Shown: in pieces, positions 44,072 through 49,571 of the stretch
Position numbering within the stretch: the stretch's first letter is position 1
Layout: every line of letters begins with the position of its first letter
Assembly: GCA_041662625.1 (NCBI GenBank)
Contig: JBAZSB010000001.1
Location: forward strand, 1-49,571
From: Patescibacteria group bacterium
GTDB taxonomy: Bacteria > Patescibacteriota > Patescibacteriia > Buchananbacterales > UBA6539
DNA length: 49,571 nt
Direction of reading: 5' to 3'
Notes under the pieces: model-generated
Databases searched by the model: none
Seen by the model: only the letters and a program-made list of their open reading frames with translations
What the model was told of the DNA's origin: nothing
Position numbers and translations under genes: made by a program

Positions 44072-44137
44072 GCGAATAGTATGCGAATGTTGCTAATAGC
44101 CATTCGTATCATTCGCATGTCATTTGTAGATTCGCAT
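44072..44137. promoter_or_regulatory. Array of GCGAAT x2 / ATTCG x3 units plus ATTTGTAGATT
   Basis: gcgaat 44072 and 44083; attcgt 44102; attcgc 44111 and 44130. ATGCGAAT and ATTCGCAT are inverted. atttgtagatt at 44122-44132. Confidence 0.4.
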
Positions 44138-44144
44138 CGCGGCA

Positions 44145-44173
44145 TTGACTTTTGCCATAATTTTCGCTAAATT
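44145..44173 (+). promoter_or_regulatory. Putative promoter of the ANL ligase gene
   Basis: TTGACT-tttgccataattttcgc(17)-TAAATT. Confidence 0.45.
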
Positions 44174-44248
44174 TGAGGCAGTTAGCGGAGGGAGTGTTCC
44201 TTCCAAGAGTCAACTGGTAAGCAACTAGATTAGGTTGGGAGACGAACA

Positions 44249-45985
44249 ATGATACGAGAATTGATCGGACCAGTCGAACAGAGAGGTGGTGTGCCTCAGA
44301 TAACTTTGGCTCACTACCTGAGCCTACCGCCGCCGTTGAGGATGCTCCATGGCATCGTCCACCATTGGGCTGAAGCTCAGCCGACGAAAACAGCCATCAT
44401 CAATGTCGCTTTTGATGAAAGCCGGCAGATGGTTGTCGAGGAAACGCCGTACGGATTGTTGGATATGCTGACCACGGCTTTAGCCTTTCGGCTGTATCAG
44501 TTGGGCTTGCGACCCGGCGATGTGTTTGCCGCTTGGCTGCCTTTCATCAAGGGGCATATCTTGTTGCAGTACGCCTGCAGCAAGATCGGGGTGATACACA
44601 TGCCTCTTGACCTGCGCTGGAAACCGGGGGAAGTCATTCGGATGTTGCAGCTTGTTGGCGCCAAGGGCTTTGCCTTTTTGGGTCAGACACCGAAAGGTGA
44701 TTTCCGGCCCGTGGCCGAGGCAGTCAAGCAGCAGTGTTCGAGCGTTGAATTCCTATTGCAGTTTTCGCCAGCGGGTCAAACGTTGGTGCCGGGCGCCTTT
44801 TCTGCCATGACAGTAGCGCTTGAAGCTATGCAGGCCTTCGGCGGGGCAACACCTGGTGAACTGCAGGAGTTCAATAGGGTTATGGCGGGTATTACGCCAG
44901 ACCATAGCGCTCAGATCATCTGCACGTCCGGCTCCACCGGTCTACCCAAGGCCGCGCTCTTACGCCATCGCAACGTCACCGCCCAAAACTTGTGCTTGGG
45001 CACGGCTTTTGGCATCGGACAAGATACTACGATGCTGGTCAACCTGCCTCCTTGGCATGTTGGCGGTGGAGCCGAGCAGTTGCTGACCACGCTGTTTTTC
45101 GGCGGCACTGCGGTCGTTCTGCGGTTGTTTGATTCCCAGTACCCAGAGGAAAGCCTCCAGGTCATCGAGCGCTTCAAGTGCACGATACTGGGAATGATCC
45201 CCACGATGTTGCGAATACTTTGGAAGTTGCCGGATTTCGATAAGTTCGACCTCAGCTCGCTTACGACGGCAATCTACGGCGGCGAACCGTTGTTTTCCGG
45301 CGAACCGGAAAAGCTGGCGGCTATGGCAGCAACGTGGGGTACCGGCTTGGGCCTAACTGAAATAGGCGGGTTTGGTAGCTACAATCTGACCGGTTCAATC
45401 GGCGATCTCGGCGTCGACATGCCGATTACGCCGCTTACAATCCGCGGCCCGATGGGTCCGGATGGCCAAGCTGGTGAAGTTTTGCCAAATGGGCAAGTAG
45501 GCGAAGTTTGCTTTGCCGGCCCGCAAGTCTTTGCCGGTTATATGGGCGACGAAGCAGCTACCCGGGCGACCGTTACTCCGGAAGGTATCTGTTACACCGG
45601 GGATCTTGGCTGCCTCGACAGCGAGTGTCGGTTGCACCTGACTGGCCGCAAGAAGAACGTGGCCAAAGTCAGTGGCAATCTATTTTCACTGGAAGAAGTG
45701 GAGCGGCATTTCAGTGCCTGCACCGGGGTTAACGTTTGTGTAGCGGTAACCTTGCCTCATCGCCAGACCACGGAAGGGGTAGTTCTGGTACTTGCCGGTG
45801 ATATCAGCGAGGAAACGCTGAATGATCATGCCTTGCAGATTGCCGCTTACAAGCGACCGGCGCTTTACGTCCGGGTTGATACGTTACCGGCCTTAGGGTC
45901 GGGCAAAGCCGATCGCCCAGCGATCCGAGACATCGCTCGGAAAGCTGCCGGCCAACACCTGGAGGACGGCTGGTTGCTTGACTGA
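44249..45985 (+). CDS. AMP-forming acyl/aryl-CoA ligase (ANL superfamily), GC-rich
   Basis: 578 aa with ICTSGSTGLPKAAL (A3 core), YGGE, GDLG...GRKK and a terminal GKADR motif. Confidence 0.85.
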   Translation: MIRELIGPVEQRGGVPQITLAHYLSLPPPLRMLHGIVHHWAEAQPTKTAIINVAFDESRQMVVEETPYGLLDMLTTALAFRLYQLGLRPGDVFAAWLPFIKGHILLQYACSKIGVIHMPLDLRWKPGEVIRMLQLVGAKGFAFLGQTPKGDFRPVAEAVKQQCSSVEFLLQFSPAGQTLVPGAFSAMTVALEAMQAFGGATPGELQEFNRVMAGITPDHSAQIICTSGSTGLPKAALLRHRNVTAQNLCLGTAFGIGQDTTMLVNLPPWHVGGGAEQLLTTLFFGGTAVVLRLFDSQYPEESLQVIERFKCTILGMIPTMLRILWKLPDFDKFDLSSLTTAIYGGEPLFSGEPEKLAAMAATWGTGLGLTEIGGFGSYNLTGSIGDLGVDMPITPLTIRGPMGPDGQAGEVLPNGQVGEVCFAGPQVFAGYMGDEAATRATVTPEGICYTGDLGCLDSECRLHLTGRKKNVAKVSGNLFSLEEVERHFSACTGVNVCVAVTLPHRQTTEGVVLVLAGDISEETLNDHALQIAAYKRPALYVRVDTLPALGSGKADRPAIRDIARKAAGQHLEDGWLLD

Positions 45986-46012
45986 TCTTTGGATCAACTC
46001 GATATTTTCAAT

Positions 46013-46054
46013 GCCGCTTTCGGAACTAGAGGAACCGAAGGCGGTCTTTTTTTT
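46013..46054 (+). terminator. Terminator (gccgctttcgg...ccgaaggcggt plus T8)
   Basis: Good stem followed by tctttttttt. Shares its arms with 43967-44026. Confidence 0.75.
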
Positions 46055-46059
46055 AGTAT

Positions 46060-46124
46060 CCGAATAGCACACTACGAATGCGCACATCCGAATGCTATTT
46101 GTAGATTTGGATAGATTTGTAGAT
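46060..46124. promoter_or_regulatory. CGAAT x3 and tandem ATTTGTAGATT x2 upstream of the last cassette
   Basis: ccgaat 46060, acgaat 46074, ccgaat 46088. atttgtagatt at 46097-46107 and 46114-46124. Confidence 0.4.
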
Positions 46125-46139
46125 TGGGATTATATTCCC

Positions 46140-46167
46140 TTGACATTTTCTGTAAATTTGCTATGCT
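46140..46167 (+). promoter_or_regulatory. Putative promoter of the 46-aa ORF
   Basis: TTGACA, 16 nt, TATGCT. Confidence 0.4.
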
Positions 46168-46241
46168 ATTTTGTTGTTTTGTTTAGGGAGTATATTGGAG
46201 GGATTTTTGGCGCAGTACTACCTAGGCGGAAGGATACCAAG

Positions 46242-46382
46242 ATGAAGAGATCGGGGACATTGCGGAAGGTAGTAGACAATCTGGGCACAATCATCATGCA
46301 TGGAATGTTGCTTATAGCAGTTGTTGCTCTGATTGTCGCCATCATCTTGCCGGCGGTAGTTCGGATGTGGCCTCTCCCGTAG
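46242..46382 (+). CDS. 46-aa single-pass membrane peptide
   Basis: MKRSGTLRKVVDNLGTIIMHGMLLIAVVALIVAIILPAVVRMWPLP*. ggaagga lies 7 nt upstream of the ATG. The longer listed form (46092) translates the promoter region. Confidence 0.45.
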   Translation: MKRSGTLRKVVDNLGTIIMHGMLLIAVVALIVAIILPAVVRMWPLP

Positions 46383-46417
46383 AGGCAGTTCCGACCAGTT
46401 GGCAGATAGTAAAGGCA

Positions 46418-46452
46418 CGGGCCGGTTCAGGTGGACTGGCTCGTTTTTCTTT
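46418..46452 (+). terminator. Terminator after the 46-aa ORF
   Basis: cgggccggt-tcaggtgg-actggctcg (with G-U pairs) followed by tttttcttt. Confidence 0.55.
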
Positions 46453-46477
46453 AGCGAAATTTGTGTTAAAATCAAGG

Positions 46478-46558
46478 TAAGCGATAAAGTGATAGAGTTA
46501 ATAAAGCGATAAAGTTCATTCAACTTTATCGCTATATCGCTTTATCGCTCTATGTAAC
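46478..46558. repeat. 80-nt near-palindrome built from GCGATAAAG words, immediately upstream of the helicase gene
   Basis: agcgataaagtt-cattc-aactttatcgct core. The outer arms carry further gcgataaag / ctttatcgc copies. Confidence 0.65.
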
Positions 46559-46563
46559 TCACT

Positions 46564-49500
46564 ATGGAAATCAAGCTAAAAACTCTGAATCCACAGCAGA
46601 AACAGGCGGTCACTCATGATGGGGGACCTCTTTTAATCGTGGCTGGGGCCGGTACCGGCAAGACTACGGTTATTACCCAGCGGATTGCCTGGCTGATTGA
46701 AGAAAATAAAGCAAAAAGTGATGAGATTTTAGCTTTGACTTTTACCGATAAAGCGGCCGGGGAAATGGAGGAACGAATTGATCAGCTTTTGCCTTACGGC
46801 TATGTTGATCTTTGGATTTCGACTTTTCATGCCTTTGCCGAAAAGATTCTGAAAGCTCATGCTTTGGAAATTGGCCTGCCAAATGATTTTAAACTTTTGA
46901 ATCAGACTCAGCAGTGGATGCTGGTCAGGCAGAATTTAGATAAGTTTAATCTGGATTATTATCGGCCGCTTGGTAACCCGACCAAATTTATTCATGCTTT
47001 AATCAAACTTTTTTCTCGGGCCAAAGATGAGGTGGTGACGCCGAAAGATTATTTAAACTATACCAAGGATTTGGAACTTAACATTGATTCGGCCGATTTT
47101 GTCAAAAATATCTTGGATGCCCAAACGATCAAAATGCTTTCGAAAAAAGAAAAAAAGGAATTTGTGGCCCAGGAAATTAAAAAAGCCAAAGAAGTCGCTG
47201 AGGCTTTTCATGTCTATCAGCAATTACTTTTGCAAAATAACGCTTTGGATTTTGGTGATTTAATTAATTATTGTCTGAAACTTTTTAAAGACCGGCCGGC
47301 AGTTCTGGCCAAATACCGCCAGCAGTTCAAATATATTTTAGTTGACGAATTTCAGGACACCAATTACGCCCAATACGAGCTGGTTAAACTATTGGCGTCG
47401 CCGCAAAATAATGTCACAGTGGTTGGTGATGACGACCAATGCTTACCTCCCGAATCTTTGGTTGAGACAAATAAAGGCAAGAAGAAAATTAAAGATATAA
47501 AAGTGGGTGACCAAGTGGTTACTGCTGTTGGCCGTGGTTATTTAAGCTATAGGCTGGTTACTAAAGTTTTTGAGAACAAAAAGAAAGCCAAGTTTATCAC
47601 TTTTAAGACTGCCAATGGTTATCGCATTAAAGTCACTGATAATCATAAAATGTTTTGTTTTGTCCCGGCTATTGATGATAAAAAATATTATTATGTCTAT
47701 TTAATGCACCGTAAAAATTTAGGCTGGCGGATGGGGGTAACCAATGATTTGGCTTTACGTTTAAGGCTGGAAAGATCAGCCGACCGGATCTTAGGGATTA
47801 AAACTTGTTTGAGTGAAACTGAAGCAAGATTTTATGAAACCATCTATTCTTTAAAATATAATATTCCAACGGTCTGTTTTCAAGAAAGAAAAGGTTTGGC
47901 AGTTAAAGGCGAATGGTTAAGTAAACTTTATCAAGAAATTAATACTGAAGAGAATGCCAGTCGATTAGCTAAAGATTTGAATTTAGACTTAGCCAGTCAT
48001 CATTATTCTTTAGGGGCGGTTAATCGGGGTAAACAATTAAGGATAAAAATTAATCTGGAGATGTGCCATCGCCGTTATCGGAGTAAATTTGCCAAAAGCA
48101 GTCATTTAATTAATCCTAAAGTTATTCATTATTTAAGTTTAGAAACTTCAGATTTGGTAACTATCAGGAAATTGAAGCGAGCTGGTTTTAAATTTAAGCC
48201 AGCCAAAAAGGGTTATCGGTTACGCCTTTACGGCACTGATTTAAAAGAATTAGGAGACTTAGCTTTAAAGTTAGAAAGGATAACGGGTGGAATTTTAGAA
48301 GTTAGTGCTAAATTAGGAAAAGAAAATATTCAAACTAGAAAGACTTTAGTTATGCCAGCCAAAAATATTATGCTTGGTCAGTATTTGCCGGTTTTAACCA
48401 AAAATGGTGTGATTTATGATCGGATAGTCGATAAAAATGAAGAGGAAAAAAGAACAGTGATAGTTTATGATTTAGAAGTAGAAAATACCCATAATTTTGT
48501 TGCTGACGGTATAGTGGTTCATAATTCAATTTATAAATTCCGCGGCGCTTCAGTTTCCAATATTTTGGAATTCAAACACGATTATCCTAAGTCAGCGGAA
48601 ATATTTTTAAATAAAAATTACCGTTCGACCCAAGATATTTTGGATTTATCTTACAAATTCATTCAGCAGAATAATCCGGATCGCCTTGAGGTCAAGCTGG
48701 CCAGCAGGCAAGCCGGTAAACTCAGTAAAAAGTTGGTTGCCCAAAATAAAGACAAAGGGTTGATCAGTCATTTAGCCTTCAATACGATCGATGACGAAGT
48801 CAGGGGAGTTTTAAAACAAGTTGTTGATTTGAAAGAAAAAGATAAATCAGCTGGCTGGAGTGATTTTGCCATTTTAAGCCGGACTAACGAAGTGGCCAAC
48901 TATTTTGTTAATGCCATTGCCCAAACCCAGATTCCTTATCAATTTGTCGCTTCCCGTGGGCTTTATTCCAAGCCGGTAATTTTGGATATTTTAGCCTATC
49001 TTAAACTTTTGGATAATTACCGGGAAAGTGCGGCGATGTATCGGGTTTTAGGCTTTTCGGTTTTTGGTTTGGGGTTTGCCGATATTAATACTCTTAATTA
49101 CTGGGCAAACCGTAAAGGCATTTCCCTTTACCAATCTTTAAAACAAGCCGCGGCTTTGCCCAATACTGAAGAAGAAACCCGGGGCAAGCTTAAAAATATC
49201 TTGCTGCATTTGGAAAACCATAGCCGTTTGATTCAGGAAAAAACCGTTGGCGAAATCGTCATTGCTTTTTTGGAAGATACTGGCTACCTACAGGATTTAG
49301 TTAAAAAAGACGATTTGGCCGCTCAACAAGCAGTGAGTTATCTAAATCAGTTTTACAAAAAGATTAGTGAATTTGAAAATTCAACTTCGGATCAATCAGT
49401 CAAAGGTTTTTTGGACTTAATCGAGCTGGAATTAGAAGCCGGCGAAGCCGGGAGCCTGACCAATAATTTGGATGAAGGCCCTGATAGCGTCAAAATTATG

Positions 49501-49571
49501 ACGGTCCATGCGGCCAAGGGTTTGGAATTCAAGTATGTCTTTATTGTCAATTTGGTTGACCGGCGTTTCCC
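46564..49571 (+). CDS. UvrD/PcrA/Rep-family DNA helicase, intein-containing, 3' end outside window
   Basis: AGAGTGKT (motif I), VDEFQDTN (II), VGDDDQ|...|SIYKFRGA (III, split), NYRST (IV), TVHAAKGLEF (VI region). The frame is open to the window end. Not in the ORF track because there is no stop. Confidence 0.9.
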   Translation, partial: MEIKLKTLNPQQKQAVTHDGGPLLIVAGAGTGKTTVITQRIAWLIEENKAKSDEILALTFTDKAAGEMEERIDQLLPYGYVDLWISTFHAFAEKILKAHALEIGLPNDFKLLNQTQQWMLVRQNLDKFNLDYYRPLGNPTKFIHALIKLFSRAKDEVVTPKDYLNYTKDLELNIDSADFVKNILDAQTIKMLSKKEKKEFVAQEIKKAKEVAEAFHVYQQLLLQNNALDFGDLINYCLKLFKDRPAVLAKYRQQFKYILVDEFQDTNYAQYELVKLLASPQNNVTVVGDDDQCLPPESLVETNKGKKKIKDIKVGDQVVTAVGRGYLSYRLVTKVFENKKKAKFITFKTANGYRIKVTDNHKMFCFVPAIDDKKYYYVYLMHRKNLGWRMGVTNDLALRLRLERSADRILGIKTCLSETEARFYETIYSLKYNIPTVCFQERKGLAVKGEWLSKLYQEINTEENASRLAKDLNLDLASHHYSLGAVNRGKQLRIKINLEMCHRRYRSKFAKSSHLINPKVIHYLSLETSDLVTIRKLKRAGFKFKPAKKGYRLRLYGTDLKELGDLALKLERITGGILEVSAKLGKENIQTRKTLVMPAKNIMLGQYLPVLTKNGVIYDRIVDKNEEEKRTVIVYDLEVENTHNFVADGIVVHNSIYKFRGASVSNILEFKHDYPKSAEIFLNKNYRSTQDILDLSYKFIQQNNPDRLEVKLASRQAGKLSKKLVAQNKDKGLISHLAFNTIDDEVRGVLKQVVDLKEKDKSAGWSDFAILSRTNEVANYFVNAIAQTQIPYQFVASRGLYSKPVILDILAYLKLLDNYRESAAMYRVLGFSVFGLGFADINTLNYWANRKGISLYQSLKQAAALPNTEEETRGKLKNILLHLENHSRLIQEKTVGEIVIAFLEDTGYLQDLVKKDDLAAQQAVSYLNQFYKKISEFENSTSDQSVKGFLDLIELELEAGEAGSLTNNLDEGPDSVKIMTVHAAKGLEFKYVFIVNLVDRRF
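47440..48525 (+). mobile_element. 362-aa intein inserted in helicase motif III
   Basis: Begins with Cys right after GDDDQ (CLPPESLVETNKG...). Block B-like VTDNHKMF. Ends ...VYDLEVENTHNFVADGIVVHN, followed by Ser of SIYKFRGA. The middle ~200 aa may be a degenerate endonuclease or linker domain. Confidence 0.85.

Noticed and set aside
1-49571. Alternative genetic code (UGA recoding, as in some candidate-phyla bacteria).
   Set aside because: Host genes such as pilC and the giant pilin terminate at TGA at sensible positions. No conserved protein shows in-frame TGA interruptions.

Overview
This is an AT-rich, gene-dense bacterial chromosome segment using the standard genetic code (TGA acts as a stop). 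The gene content and the word-like hairpin repeats suggest a small-genome Patescibacteria/CPR-type organism, but that is inference only.

Host-like genes on the + strand:
- glpX (5' end off-window) and fba
- an ABC exporter, a riboflavin-kinase domain protein and an EamA transporter
- a type IV pilus locus: receiver protein, PilB, PilC, four pilin-like genes including a 912-aa Cys-rich one, a PilM-PilN-SH3b fusion and two tandem major pilins
- DJ-1/PfpI
- a uvrB-uvrA-uvrC cluster with a frameshifted DUF559 gene
- a VIT-like protein, an M23 peptidase, rsmI, metG, cvpA, tatD and the membrane pyrophosphatase hppA
- a UvrD/PcrA-type helicase (3' end off-window) interrupted in motif III by a 362-aa intein

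The most unusual property is a compositional mosaic. About eleven visibly GC-rich coding cassettes sit in the intergenic gaps between the AT-rich housekeeping genes: 6.0-7.4, 19.7-20.1, 25.55-25.9, 27.5-28.0, 29.9-34.0, 37.9-38.0, 38.1-38.7, 40.9-43.2, 43.3-44.0, 44.1-46.1 and 46.1-46.5 kb. Most carry their own AT-rich TTGAC(A/T)-N17-(-10) promoter, a Shine-Dalgarno site that is strong in most cases, and a hairpin/T-run terminator; the SEC-C mini-ORF (37.9-38.0 kb) lacks a convincing promoter and SD. Their products are:
- a 391-aa decapeptide-repeat protein
- several small Cys-rich or membrane proteins
- an FGGY kinase convergent with an SDR-PfkB kinase operon
- a contiguous 5.5-kb block: phosphoribosyltransferase + atypically long OMP-decarboxylase-like protein, a 192-aa unknown, an ANL ligase and a 46-aa membrane peptide. 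Its last three units share CGAAT/ATTCG and ATTTGTAGATT upstream motifs, and two of them share near-identical terminators.

The host intergenic regions hold several families of long imperfect hairpin or MITE-like repeats. No rRNA, tRNA or CRISPR array was found. All functional calls come from motif recognition by eye. GC statements are visual estimates, not computed values.
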